In this document: positions 8,893 through 19,233 of the stretch, piece after piece | Layout of the letters: the number at the start of each line of letters is the position of its first letter | How positions within the stretch are numbered: position 1 is the first letter of the stretch | IMG/VR virus record: IMGVR_UViG_3300049053_000107 | Location: 1-55,210 of that record | Reading direction: 5' to 3' (one strand) | Source of the DNA: a virus | Taxonomy: Duplodnaviria > Caudoviricetes | DNA length: 55,210 nt | Made by a program: the position numbers and the translations under genes | The notes under the pieces: generated by a model | Database searches by the model: none | What the model saw: only the letters and a program-made list of their open reading frames with translations | Told to the model about the DNA's origin: nothing

Positions 8893-11576
8893 GGTGTTCT
8901 ATATTTTGGTTGAGAAACTTGGCTACCAGAGGAACCTTTGTTATCAATAGTTATGTACATAGTAGCAGTGGAAGGCGTGAAGTAAGAATCCAATGCGCCT
9001 TCTGCGAACATTTCAGTAAATGTTACGCCGTCTGAGCTGGTGTAGGTGGCAAATTTCCCATTAGCTTTTCTTTCTAAGCCTATCCAATGACTTACAGTAA
9101 TAGTGATGCCCGTATTTACAAATGAATTATCTGTTTTTACAAACCCAAGCGAACCGTCTGAGTAAAAGAATACAGCCCCTTGGTAATCGCTTGAAGAAGT
9201 GGGAGTATTTGTAGGCGTCCATCCTAAAAGTCCATCCAGAGAACTTGTAGAAGTCCTTTGCATTACTATCATTCCGCTTGTGGACGAAGCAAGCGGGCCT
9301 TCATTAGCTACGCTGATATGATCGTAGGTAACACCAGATTCGGTTGATACCCATATTTTAGAACCACCTGAAGTTTCGGTATTTACACCGCCACTAAAAG
9401 TTAAGTCAGTGAACGTTCCACCGCCACTGCCCACGAAACTAAACATCGTGTCAACAGCAACCCTATAAACTATTCTCTTACCGCCTGTACTGTCATACCA
9501 GTTATACTGCCTCCCATCAATCATTCCAGTATTTCCTGTTGCTGTTTCTATGTCGGCAGTAGAACTTAATACTTGAATAGAATCGAAACGATCACCAATT
9601 ACACCCGAATTAATTAACGCACGTAATAAGGCAATAGAATCTCTCATTACGGCCATTGAATCAGCAAGTCCGGTAGTTGGAGCTTCTCTTACTTTTATAA
9701 CTGTATCGCCGCTTTCTACTGTTACATATAAATCATCAATAGAACCGTCAACAAAGTCGGAAATGTCGATTGTAAGGAATTGTGATTGCTTCGTAAGAGT
9801 ATCTTTTGTTTGCCCGGCGGTTGGTGAAGGCAATTCAAAAGAATGGTTATCTGAATTTTTAAAAGATAGCTTTGGCGTTTTTATTATAGTGCTGTCAGGA
9901 TAAATATGAACCTTACTATAACTTTCGTCTGCCGCACCCTGTGCTTCTATAAGGAAATTTGAATTATTAGATAGATTGGTTGCTTCGAATCCGGCAAGTT
10001 CTTTTGTGTCGTAATAAGAATAACCCCCCAGCGTGTTATATGTGCCGTAACCCTCGCTCCATCTGCCTAATTGCTTTTTTACGCCTAATTGAAAGTTTAG
10101 GGTAGAATCAATGTGAAGAAATTTATTATTACCATCTATGGTTCTATTTGTTTTTAAAGCACTATCCGAATTGTAAAAATTTAATCCATTACCTGAACCG
10201 CTGCCGCTTATGGTTCCTAAATCAATAGTTCCATTTGAATTTGAACTGTATCTTGTTCCGTTTATTTTTACTGCAAGGGGTATCGTACCAGAAGAATCTG
10301 GAAAAGTAAAAAGCCTGTCAGAAGTAACAGGAAATTTTAATTCTCCCCAACTAGAACCGCCGTTGGTGGTCATTGATATAGTAGCGCCGCCTGTAAAACC
10401 ACCTGTTACTCTTGCGTTAGCTGTGCCATCTGCATCTAAAATAAATGTTGATCCATCATTAAACCTTAAATGAGTTCCTGCATTTATTGTGTTACCTGTG
10501 GTTAAAACTTGCTGTATTGTTGGAACTGAGCTTAACGCTCCAATATCACTTAATACCTCTGCACCACTTCTAAGGGAAATAGAGCCATCTGAATTTATTC
10601 TTATCCATCTTTGTCCGGCTGGTGTAGCAACGGTGAAAATATTTTGACCTACTGTTGTACCTCCTAAGTTTGTTCTTGCTGTTGGCGCACTTCCTAAATC
10701 GGAAAGATTATTTGTAATTTTTAAGGCAAGTGGATCAGATTCGCTTGTTAGATAAGAAGGTGTAAAAAACTCATAGGCTGTATTCGCTGCGTTCCTTCTT
10801 AATAGTTGGTTTGCTATTCCTGCTGTATAAGAAGGGGTTGTGCCCAAAAAAGATACTATTCCTGTTCCTGATAAAGCAGCTTGCTTGTTATTGAACGTTG
10901 TCCAGTCTGTTGTATTTAATAAACCTCTGTTACTACCTGAAGCTGTAGGGAAATTAAAAGTGTGTGCTGTACCTGCTGAAGCAATATTAAAATCTGTTCC
11001 TGTTGTTCCAGTTGCAAATGTTTGAGTAACGCCCTCTAATCCATTTAAAGAAGTAATACCGCTTGATGATCCTGACCAAGAAATAACACCAGTTGCAGGA
11101 TTATAGGATATGCCACCACTGCCTGCACTAATTAAATTTCTTCCAGCCGTTGTAAAATCTGATATGTCTGCTGCTATGTGGCTATGAACAGTATTAGCTT
11201 TTCCTGCGAGTAAAGCATTTGTAGCAGATTGCGTATAATAATTTGCTGCAAGGACTGTATTGATGCTGTCTATTCCTTTTTGTCTCCATGCTCTTGTAGA
11301 AATTGAAGTTGTATCAACTTTAAACATATTCGTGGATAGCGATAAGCCGTATCCAGCAATGTATGAACCACCAGCGCCTCCTGAACCTTCACCTACAGCA
11401 TACCACTTTTTTGCTGCGGTTAGACTTCTTACTACATACAGAGTAGAATCTTCTGACTTAAACACCATTTGACCTAACCTGGTAGGTACGTAAGCCGTAT
11501 CTCTTATTGTCACATATATTTGACCATTAGCTAAAAAACTTAGCAACAGAATCCAAAAAAATAGTAATTTCTTCAT
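8889..11576 (-). CDS. Long tail-fibre-like protein with Sec signal peptide
   Basis: MKKLLFFWILLLSFLANG|Q; HSH..ADISD, DWTTFNNKQ and NNLSDL...ARTNLG fibre motifs; G/S/T rich. Confidence 0.65.
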   Translation of the reverse strand: MKKLLFFWILLLSFLANGQIYVTIRDTAYVPTRLGQMVFKSEDSTLYVVRSLTAAKKWYAVGEGSGGAGGSYIAGYGLSLSTNMFKVDTTSISTRAWRQKGIDSINTVLAANYYTQSATNALLAGKANTVHSHIAADISDFTTAGRNLISAGSGGISYNPATGVISWSGSSSGITSLNGLEGVTQTFATGTTGTDFNIASAGTAHTFNFPTASGSNRGLLNTTDWTTFNNKQAALSGTGIVSFLGTTPSYTAGIANQLLRRNAANTAYEFFTPSYLTSESDPLALKITNNLSDLGSAPTARTNLGGTTVGQNIFTVATPAGQRWIRINSDGSISLRSGAEVLSDIGALSSVPTIQQVLTTGNTINAGTHLRFNDGSTFILDADGTANARVTGGFTGGATISMTTNGGSSWGELKFPVTSDRLFTFPDSSGTIPLAVKINGTRYSSNSNGTIDLGTISGSGSGNGLNFYNSDSALKTNRTIDGNNKFLHIDSTLNFQLGVKKQLGRWSEGYGTYNTLGGYSYYDTKELAGFEATNLSNNSNFLIEAQGAADESYSKVHIYPDSTIIKTPKLSFKNSDNHSFELPSPTAGQTKDTLTKQSQFLTIDISDFVDGSIDDLYVTVESGDTVIKVREAPTTGLADSMAVMRDSIALLRALINSGVIGDRFDSIQVLSSTADIETATGNTGMIDGRQYNWYDSTGGKRIVYRVAVDTMFSFVGSGGGTFTDLTFSGGVNTETSGGSKIWVSTESGVTYDHISVANEGPLASSTSGMIVMQRTSTSSLDGLLGWTPTNTPTSSSDYQGAVFFYSDGSLGFVKTDNSFVNTGITITVSHWIGLERKANGKFATYTSSDGVTFTEMFAEGALDSYFTPSTATMYITIDNKGSSGSQVSQPKYRTP

Positions 11577-11578
11577 AT

Positions 11579-11956
11579 CTAATATTGTTCAATGCTTACT
11601 CGTTCTAAATCAGCCCAAGCCACATTCACTGTTATTAATCCGGTCGTATCGTCAAATGAGTATTTTCTCATAGTGCTATCTCCTATAGTGTGCTGTTTTA
11701 ATTCATCTCTGAAAAGCCTTATTCTTTTACCAATCAAAGCCGCATTTGTATAAGTAAACGCTCCTGCTACTGGTGCTCCTCCTGTTACGCCTATCTGAAA
11801 CTCAATGTCAGTAGCGCCTAAACTTTGCAACATCGTACTCCAACGCCGGAACACTGTTAAACCAGTCAAAGCATCGGTAAACCAAACCAATTCATTTGCC
11901 CCTGGTAAACTGGTTACTATCGCTGCGCTGTCTACGGCATTTTGTTCACAAGCCAT
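11579..11956 (-). CDS. Small tail-associated protein
   Basis: Coupled to the upstream tail gene; position in operon. Confidence 0.5.
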   Translation of the reverse strand: MACEQNAVDSAAIVTSLPGANELVWFTDALTGLTVFRRWSTMLQSLGATDIEFQIGVTGGAPVAGAFTYTNAALIGKRIRLFRDELKQHTIGDSTMRKYSFDDTTGLITVNVAWADLERVSIEQY

Positions 11957-14817
11957 TAGCTTAATATTACTTTTTCACCATTAATTAATACCAGGCAATC
12001 ATTTATTTTTAGCCACGGGCAACACTCGCCTATAGGTGTAACAGGATTATCAAATCTTTTCAACAGTTTCATTTCGCATCTTTCTTCTGAAAAATTATAT
12101 GTCAGCTTATAGGGCCATCCTGCTATATATTCACCTTCGGGATTTTTTACTGTTATATAGCCGTAATTTTTAGTTGGTGAGCTTGCACCTCGCATTGCTT
12201 CGTTTATCAACAACACCTGGTCAGGTGAAAGTCTGCATTTTAGATTCATCCATTCAGGCCGATATATGTACCCATCCGTATTCAAATCATCAATTGCTAC
12301 GTGCTGTTTTTCTTCCCATAAATCTTTATTTACATCACCCATTGGGTTTTCTTCTGTGGGTAAAAACTGCGTCGTCAAAGCACCATTTTTATCAACAAAA
12401 GTGTTTTTTACTTCATCGCTTTCGCTCTTAAACGCCCAGCTACCTACCAACCATTTAGCCCAATTAAGAAACATGCGAAGCGGTGATATGCGTAAGTTGT
12501 AAGCCGTCTCGGGCGAAATGAGATTGTCAACAGTCTGAAATGCTTCTGCTCTTTCCGCTCTGAAGTCACTACCATCTCTGCGCAGGGCAACAATAAACGG
12601 TTCTTCATCATTTTCGTAAGAATCCGTAGGTGTGTCAGCGTATTGTTGTCTGCGGCTATCTTCCAAAGAATAACCGCTTGCTATAAAATCACTTTTTGCA
12701 ATGAACTTGTTTTTATGAGACTTAATAGGCGCTAAACGTTCATGTTTCGTGTTGAATTCATCAAGCGTATTATGCCCATCTTCTTTATACTTGTTGTATC
12801 CAATTTCCAGCTCATTGTAAATAAGATCCTTTGCTACTTCCTCTTCATAAGTTTCAATACTTTCTTTGTTATTATAGTTTGGAGAGATTACCAGAATTTC
12901 ATTGTCCTGGTAAAAAAACCCTAGTTTTTCAACCCGTACTTCTTCCCTGAGACCTCTTTGTTCAAAACCAAACCCTATTGAAGCGATTGACTTTGTACTA
13001 TTCAATGCTGTTTTAAGGCTTATGTTTAAAGGTTTTTGATCAGCGTCAAAATTTCTTATGTTGAAACCGTTGGTAATTGCATAAAGCGAAAACTCACCGT
13101 CTTTTGCATTAAGGTTATTCAGTGTAGCCAGTAATTGAGAAGAAAGCCTACCCTGGTTATTTGTAGTGACTTTTAAAAGGTGATTGATCACATCGTGTAA
13201 AAGCCACATCTTAGAAGTGCTTTCAGGAGCCGATTCGAAAGATTCAGCTACGATAGACGTGTTTTCTGCACGTACTCTTGCTTTGTGTTTTCCTTCTATA
13301 GAAGCATCATAAAATGCATAAATGTAAACTTCATCGTCCTTTTTAAGATCCAGTGCAGGTATGCTGTCGTCGATCACTAAAACTTTTGATTGACTGTTAA
13401 TAGAAGCAGTTTGATCATTCCAGTGTCCATTTACCGTAGGGCCTATTTGCTGAGAGTAAAATTCTACCCCGGCTCGTATAACTTTAAAAAATGGTTTTAT
13501 AGTATAGTCGTCACTATCTGCTGTGGTAGTAGCTTTTCTTTGTAAGTCGATATATAGTGTACTTTTTATTTCAGAAAAAGTAACAACGCCGTCAAAATCC
13601 AGCTTCAGATTATACAGCGAATTGGCAACCGGGTTCAGATCAGATGCGTTCAATCCATATCCGAAATACGTACTTATCTCAGAAAGAACGGGATTGCTTG
13701 TGTCAGGTAAAAAATAAATATCGCCGTTATCTACGTAGGAAATCCAATCTGTTTGCGTACTGTTATCAATACTTAAACTTAAACGGCTTATAAACTTTTT
13801 GGAATGTAGTATAACATCGAAAGGCTGCGGTGAAATAATTGGCTCGCCATCCAAAGTTTCTGTAGCCTTCATTGACACCTTAGTTTCAAAACGACTTTGC
13901 AACAAATCGCTAAAATCTTTACGGTCTACGGATAAAGCCACACGCCCGAAAAGATTTTTACGGGTATTGAAATTCAGCTTTCCTTCAAACAATACAAATT
14001 CACTGCTGCCGTAAGTGAAACCGTATTTAAGTATTACTTCTGCGTCATTGCCGTAAAGTGAATACTGTTCTTCAATCAAGTCTTTTCCTGCATCGCAATC
14101 AAATTCTAATTGCACTTCGCCGTCTGAGTATTGGTGGTTCCAGCCATGCCAATCTTTATCCCGTTCACCGACTATACCAACAGCATCCCATTTTATTGGC
14201 TCTCTCACTAAATGCTCTGTATCTTCAATAACTAATTTGAAGAAATAGCAGATTCTTTCTTTCCAGGGAAAGCCTCCGGAACTGGTTGGTGCTATGGTTT
14301 CATTTGTTCTATTTACTGAAACGACTTCGCTATGCGTACAGCCAACATTGTCTTTTACATAGAGTATGTACACTCCTTTTACAAGTCCGACGAATTCATT
14401 TTGCAATTGCCAGGTTACGTTATCGAGAGAATATTTTATTGGACTGTTAGAAGATGAAGCGGTTACTTTAATGCTGCCATCGTAATTACCAATGTAGCTT
14501 TCATCTTCTACAGCAACTTCACTTACTGCAAGATCGCAACTAGGGGCCGGGATAAAACCGCATTCGGCAACATTATAATCTATGGTTACGTAAGTGAATG
14601 GTGTAATAAGGCTTGCGTATATAAAATGCTTATTACCCTCAAAACAAAGGCTTGTTATTTCTTCACCAGAAGGCATACCCAATTGCTCTTCTGTAACCTC
14701 GTCTAATTCGGGATCAGGTCCAGAAACATTCACATAGTTATCCCTTGTCTCTGGGTCATAGAAACAATTGTAGGCTGTGCTACCGATAACAAACGATCTT
14801 ATGAATACTTCAGCCAT
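11956..14817 (-). CDS. Large tail tip/baseplate protein with a SprB-like repeat
   Basis: Directly after tape measure; DGSIKVTASSSNSPIKYSLDN..WQ..NEFVGL..G.Y.LYVKD..GC. Confidence 0.6.
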   Translation of the reverse strand: MAEVFIRSFVIGSTAYNCFYDPETRDNYVNVSGPDPELDEVTEEQLGMPSGEEITSLCFEGNKHFIYASLITPFTYVTIDYNVAECGFIPAPSCDLAVSEVAVEDESYIGNYDGSIKVTASSSNSPIKYSLDNVTWQLQNEFVGLVKGVYILYVKDNVGCTHSEVVSVNRTNETIAPTSSGGFPWKERICYFFKLVIEDTEHLVREPIKWDAVGIVGERDKDWHGWNHQYSDGEVQLEFDCDAGKDLIEEQYSLYGNDAEVILKYGFTYGSSEFVLFEGKLNFNTRKNLFGRVALSVDRKDFSDLLQSRFETKVSMKATETLDGEPIISPQPFDVILHSKKFISRLSLSIDNSTQTDWISYVDNGDIYFLPDTSNPVLSEISTYFGYGLNASDLNPVANSLYNLKLDFDGVVTFSEIKSTLYIDLQRKATTTADSDDYTIKPFFKVIRAGVEFYSQQIGPTVNGHWNDQTASINSQSKVLVIDDSIPALDLKKDDEVYIYAFYDASIEGKHKARVRAENTSIVAESFESAPESTSKMWLLHDVINHLLKVTTNNQGRLSSQLLATLNNLNAKDGEFSLYAITNGFNIRNFDADQKPLNISLKTALNSTKSIASIGFGFEQRGLREEVRVEKLGFFYQDNEILVISPNYNNKESIETYEEEVAKDLIYNELEIGYNKYKEDGHNTLDEFNTKHERLAPIKSHKNKFIAKSDFIASGYSLEDSRRQQYADTPTDSYENDEEPFIVALRRDGSDFRAERAEAFQTVDNLISPETAYNLRISPLRMFLNWAKWLVGSWAFKSESDEVKNTFVDKNGALTTQFLPTEENPMGDVNKDLWEEKQHVAIDDLNTDGYIYRPEWMNLKCRLSPDQVLLINEAMRGASSPTKNYGYITVKNPEGEYIAGWPYKLTYNFSEERCEMKLLKRFDNPVTPIGECCPWLKINDCLVLINGEKVILS

Positions 14818-17800
14818 TAATTAAATGAGTGTCTTTTATTTAAATAGGTGTTTAGCCCATTTTTATTTTCTTGTGATCTGCGATAGCCTTTTTCATCCCA
14901 ACTATTCCGTTCTACTGTTATGTTGCCAACCGTATCTTTCATTATACCGCGCATTTCATCTTTAGAAATGCCCTTGCGGTCAAAAGCTCTTACCAAATTG
15001 TTCACTGCTTCTTTTTGTTTTCCATCACTGATTTGCCTGGTGAGCGCTGAAGTTGCTTTATCAGCAATGTTGTTCTCGGCCCTTAAAGCATGGTCAATGA
15101 TGCGCTTACTTTCTTCATGCGTCCAAACACGTTCACCACCTTTCATATCCATAATCTGAGGCTCACGGGCTACATACATTCTACCGTTACGCTCAATTAA
15201 CTCAAAACCTGCTTCACCTACTAAAGCTTTACCTACAGGTGCAGACTTAGTACCTTTTGCAAACTTTGGTAAAGGACGACTAGCTACTAAAGCTGCCTGG
15301 AATGCACCTTGTGCCAGTGCATAAGCAGACCATGGCAAACCAAATGTCAATGGACTGGCTGCAACTGCTTTTATCACACCAATTGCTGTATTAATAGCTA
15401 TCTCAAATAAGGCCATTGTCTTTTCACGTTTGGCCTGTTTTGTTTTTTCAGCATTGATGCGTTTTTGATATTCTTTTTCGATTTTCTCACGAGCTGCAGC
15501 GTTGCTGCCTGCTATTTCCAATTCTTTATTACGGGCATTTTCTAATTGGCGAATCCGGTTATCACTGGCTATTTGCTGATTGTCGGCGAGAGTAGAAAAT
15601 AATTGGTCGCTTGCCTGTTGTGCATAATCAGCGATAAGATCAATTGTTTCTCTGCGGTGACGTGCAGTAAGTAAAGCCTGTTCATGTTCTATTTCCTGAA
15701 TGGCTTCAGTATTGCCTACATACAGGCGTTTAATTTTTTCCAGGTATTCCATTTCCTCACGATAACTAACATCTCTGCGATTACGCTCAATTTCCATTTT
15801 ACGGGCTTCAGCGTCTACGGTTGCTTCTACCACTCTGTCAGCTGCACCGCCTGCGTCTACCACACCGCGATCAGATATTTTAGTACTACGAGAAGAGAGT
15901 TTATCTACCGGCCCTCTTTCCCTGTTTTTTTCAAGGAATTTGGATATTTCAACTTCAGCTTCAATAATTTCTTTTTTCAAATTGGTAATACGTTCCTGGT
16001 CTGCATGCTTGCCAAGCTCCAATTCTTTTTCAATAGATTTTTCTAAGTAGGTAACAGTCAGCCAATACTTCTGTTCCTGAAACTCTTTTTCAGTAATTAT
16101 TTTATCAACACTTTTATCTTCAGCTAGTTTTATATCAAGTTCTGCTTCCGCTTTTAATAAATCTTGTGCTTTGCGGTTTGCGGCTATGCGTTCACGAAGT
16201 TTTTCTTCAGCGCTGTCCTTACTGTCTTTTTTATTGGCTTCACCTAAAGCCTTCATTTCTGCATTATGCTTTTGTGCATTATGCGCTTCCTCGTTATCTA
16301 AGACAAGGTGACGGCCTAAGTATTGTTTATAGATCCGTAATGCTTCAGCGTAGTCTTTTTCATCCTGCACATTTTTTGCACCGGTACTATTATCTGCGAT
16401 ATTTCTAGCAACAGTAACTGCAGCCCGTTTATCTGTTAAAGTTTCCCTACGTTGAGAACTGGTTTGAGATTGGAAATTATTAAAATCCTGTTCCTTCAAT
16501 TGAGCCTGTACGTTAGCCCTAGTATTACTACCATTGAATATTCCGATAAAACTTTTCCATGAAGGTGAATTGGTAAATACATTTAAGCTATCAAAGAAAG
16601 AAGCCATACCTCTTTTTACCTCAGTCCAAAAACTTACCATACCGCTTTTCTGTCCAAAACTTTGAAGGAAACGATTAAATGAGTTGGTTAACCTGTTCGT
16701 CTCATTGGTTAATTGCTGCGCATTCTCAATGGCTGATTTGCTGTATGTCTTATTTAAGATATCTGCAACTTTTGGTAAAATGTCAGAAGCAAGTACTTCA
16801 CCACTACGAAGCATTTTATCGAGTTTAGCAGTACTAACACCAGCAGCTTGCGCAAATATGTTGAACGCACCAGGTAAATGCTCACCTAATTGCTGTCTCA
16901 GTTCTTCAGCGCTTACCTTGCCTTTGGAAAGCATTTGCTGAATAGCACGTAAAGAGCTTTCAACTTGCACATTACTTAACTTCAGTGCGGTGCCTGCCTG
17001 TACAACTGCTTCAAATATTTTACGGGTTTGTGCACCTTCCAATGAAGTGCCTTTAGATGCGGCCGTAAGTGATTTGTAGCTAATAGCCAAATTGTTCAAA
17101 TCCTGACCGTACTTGTTTGCAATGCCTCTTAGAAACTCAATAGTTTCAGCAAGCTCCTGTTCGGTATCTACAACAGCACGTAAACCGGCTTCCATGTTCT
17201 GAAACTCAATATTGGCATTAATCACTTTATTAAATCCTGCAAGCAGTGTAGTAACAATTGCCAAAGGCCCGGCAATACCAAGTATCTGTGCACCTAATCC
17301 CGAAAAAGCCGATCTGTAATTACCTACACTCCTACCATAAGCCCCCATTGACGAATCAGCACGTTTCAATGCTTTATCCAGCGTTTCAATTTTATGCTGT
17401 AAGGCAACAGCTTCTTTATTTTGACGATTAATTGCACCAGTTGTAGCATTGAAAGCACCGGGCATAGCTTGCAAACGATTCTTAAGCTGTGTAAGCTCTA
17501 AAGACATTTGCTTATAAGAACCGCTTGTAGCATCCAGGTTCTTTTTAGTAACCCTTACCACTTCAGAAAAGCGGTGAACGTTGGGGATTACTTCGGCAAG
17601 GCGCTTATTAATCCGGTCAAGTTCCTGCCTGTAATTTGCATTTGACTTATCCAGATTATCATACTCTTTTTTAAGATTTTTTAGTTCCTGCTCCAACGCT
17701 TTTTGAGAAGCAGTAGTAGCATCCGTCACAACCCGTAAACCTGTCTCTGTGTCTCTTAATTTATTTTTACGGTCAATAATTTCATCTACGGCTCTTTTCA

Positions 17801-18023
17801 TTGCCTGAAGGACCACCGTAGCATTTACGTTACCTACATTAAACTTATTGAGAATTTCAACCGTTTTAAGAAGATCACTGTTGTATTCTTGTTGCCTGCG
17901 AGAGAGTTCTTTAAGCACCCCGCCAACGGTGGCAGCAAACTCTTTGGTTTGCTTCCTTGCCTCTCCCATGTCTCTAAAGAAACTAGGAAAATCGAATAAC
18001 TCTGTATGCTGAACTGCTGACAA
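14817..18023 (-). CDS. Tape measure protein
   Basis: AIQQMLSKGKVSAEELRQQLGEHLPGA tape-measure domain; long helical protein; FAKG..VGEAG.E C-terminal motif; TTG start. Confidence 0.9.
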   Translation of the reverse strand: MSAVQHTELFDFPSFFRDMGEARKQTKEFAATVGGVLKELSRRQQEYNSDLLKTVEILNKFNVGNVNATVVLQAMKRAVDEIIDRKNKLRDTETGLRVVTDATTASQKALEQELKNLKKEYDNLDKSNANYRQELDRINKRLAEVIPNVHRFSEVVRVTKKNLDATSGSYKQMSLELTQLKNRLQAMPGAFNATTGAINRQNKEAVALQHKIETLDKALKRADSSMGAYGRSVGNYRSAFSGLGAQILGIAGPLAIVTTLLAGFNKVINANIEFQNMEAGLRAVVDTEQELAETIEFLRGIANKYGQDLNNLAISYKSLTAASKGTSLEGAQTRKIFEAVVQAGTALKLSNVQVESSLRAIQQMLSKGKVSAEELRQQLGEHLPGAFNIFAQAAGVSTAKLDKMLRSGEVLASDILPKVADILNKTYSKSAIENAQQLTNETNRLTNSFNRFLQSFGQKSGMVSFWTEVKRGMASFFDSLNVFTNSPSWKSFIGIFNGSNTRANVQAQLKEQDFNNFQSQTSSQRRETLTDKRAAVTVARNIADNSTGAKNVQDEKDYAEALRIYKQYLGRHLVLDNEEAHNAQKHNAEMKALGEANKKDSKDSAEEKLRERIAANRKAQDLLKAEAELDIKLAEDKSVDKIITEKEFQEQKYWLTVTYLEKSIEKELELGKHADQERITNLKKEIIEAEVEISKFLEKNRERGPVDKLSSRSTKISDRGVVDAGGAADRVVEATVDAEARKMEIERNRRDVSYREEMEYLEKIKRLYVGNTEAIQEIEHEQALLTARHRRETIDLIADYAQQASDQLFSTLADNQQIASDNRIRQLENARNKELEIAGSNAAAREKIEKEYQKRINAEKTKQAKREKTMALFEIAINTAIGVIKAVAASPLTFGLPWSAYALAQGAFQAALVASRPLPKFAKGTKSAPVGKALVGEAGFELIERNGRMYVAREPQIMDMKGGERVWTHEESKRIIDHALRAENNIADKATSALTRQISDGKQKEAVNNLVRAFDRKGISKDEMRGIMKDTVGNITVERNSWDEKGYRRSQENKNGLNTYLNKRHSFN

Positions 18024-18058
18024 TACGAGACTGTTGAATTATTGAAACAATATGTATT

Positions 18059-18074
18059 CAACCGTCTCTGGTTG
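18059..18074 (-). promoter_or_regulatory. AGAGAC-loop hairpin in the tape-measure leader
   Basis: mRNA CAACC-AGAGAC-GGUUG; one of four copies. Confidence 0.6.
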
Positions 18075-18090
18075 GTGTGCTAAACGAAAA

Positions 18091-18107
18091 TACTAAAAAA
18101 CTTAGTA
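18091..18107. promoter_or_regulatory. Palindrome TACTAA-N5-TTAGTA (putative late-gene operator)
   Basis: Related copies at 28271, 32327 and 32606. Confidence 0.5.
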
Positions 18108-18119
18108 AACTAAAGCCTT

Positions 18120-18938
18120 TTAAAGCAAACATCTGTTCAAAGCGGCAAACTCCTGATCGTATAACTCAATTGTTCCTTTGCAGGTCTTGCCTCTTTGTTC
18201 TGTTCCTATCTGATATGCGGCTTTGGTAATGTGCTCCTTACCGTTTAAATACCTTTCCAAATGCTCAAACATCACAATTGCAGCCCAGTGATCTGGTAAA
18301 GAAAAATAATAGCTTTCCACTTTTATCACTTTATCCAAATCAGTTTTAAACTCCCTGCGCTTGCCAGTGGTTTGTTCCTTGTAAACTTCCCGATCTATTT
18401 CTGGTTGTTCGTCAATCACGTTCATGTTTAGTCGGAACTCCTGGTAAAAATCTTCCAGCTCTGTAGCTCCGTATAGAATACCGTAAAAGTATCTGTCATG
18501 CCTGAACTTAACATGCATCGATTTATTAGCATAGTTCTCAGTCCAAACCTCAAAATGGTTAGAAGTAAGAACTACGGTATCGTCAGAAACCTTGCGTAAT
18601 CTGAAATGGTACAAGCCTTTTGCCACATCGGGGAAAAGAAATGTTGTAAATATATTATAGTTGGAACCGGCGATTACATGCTGCTCTAATGTAGCTGCGT
18701 TATCTTGTGCAACTGCACCAGTTCGGCTATTGATTAAGGTCAGCTTTAAATCAGCAAACGTACCTAAAGCCAGGCCATCAGGAACGTTTAAATAAAAAGC
18801 CATTGTTTCATCAGGCACAGCTACAATTGCTGTAGTACACCTATCGGGGTCTTGTACGTAACCATGTGGCAGATCACCGTAACCGGCAACACCTACCCCG
18901 TTATCCCACCGTAAAAAATTATTTTCATTTACTAACAT
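18120..18938 (-). CDS. Virion/tail structural protein (hypothetical)
   Basis: 272 aa, between tail chaperones and tape measure. Confidence 0.5.
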   Translation of the reverse strand: MLVNENNFLRWDNGVGVAGYGDLPHGYVQDPDRCTTAIVAVPDETMAFYLNVPDGLALGTFADLKLTLINSRTGAVAQDNAATLEQHVIAGSNYNIFTTFLFPDVAKGLYHFRLRKVSDDTVVLTSNHFEVWTENYANKSMHVKFRHDRYFYGILYGATELEDFYQEFRLNMNVIDEQPEIDREVYKEQTTGKRREFKTDLDKVIKVESYYFSLPDHWAAIVMFEHLERYLNGKEHITKAAYQIGTEQRGKTCKGTIELYDQEFAALNRCLL

Positions 18939-19228
18939 TATTGTGATTTATAGCGTTCTCTGTAAAATTCCAATCTGCTATAATATTCCCATTCACTCAG
19001 TTCTTTTGGACTAGGGATACCGTTTTCCTGAAGCACAGCAACCGTTTTTTCAAACTCACTTTCCAACTGCATAACTATATTATCCTCTTTATACGGATCA
19101 AAACGAAACGGCTTTTGTTGCAGTACAAAGAACTTTTGTAAATCAGTCAGTTCTTCCAGATGCGTCTTATTTTTTGGCTCCACTTCAAGCATTGCTTTCA
19201 CAACAATGTACCTTCTCAGCTTTTCCAA
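18938..19228 (-). CDS. Tail assembly chaperone gpGT-like extension, reached by -1 frameshift
   Basis: Its frame is open back to the A9 slippery run at 19286-19294. Confidence 0.7.
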   Translation of the reverse strand: MEKLRRYIVVKAMLEVEPKNKTHLEELTDLQKFFVLQQKPFRFDPYKEDNIVMQLESEFEKTVAVLQENGIPSPKELSEWEYYSRLEFYRERYKSQ

Positions 19229-19233
19229 ACTAC

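Noticed and set aside
5486-14817. Additional DGR variable repeats in tail/fibre genes
   Set aside because: No match to the invariant TR segments (GCGGGAGC, CAGCGAAAAGCCA) seen by eye; a BLAST search is needed to exclude them fully
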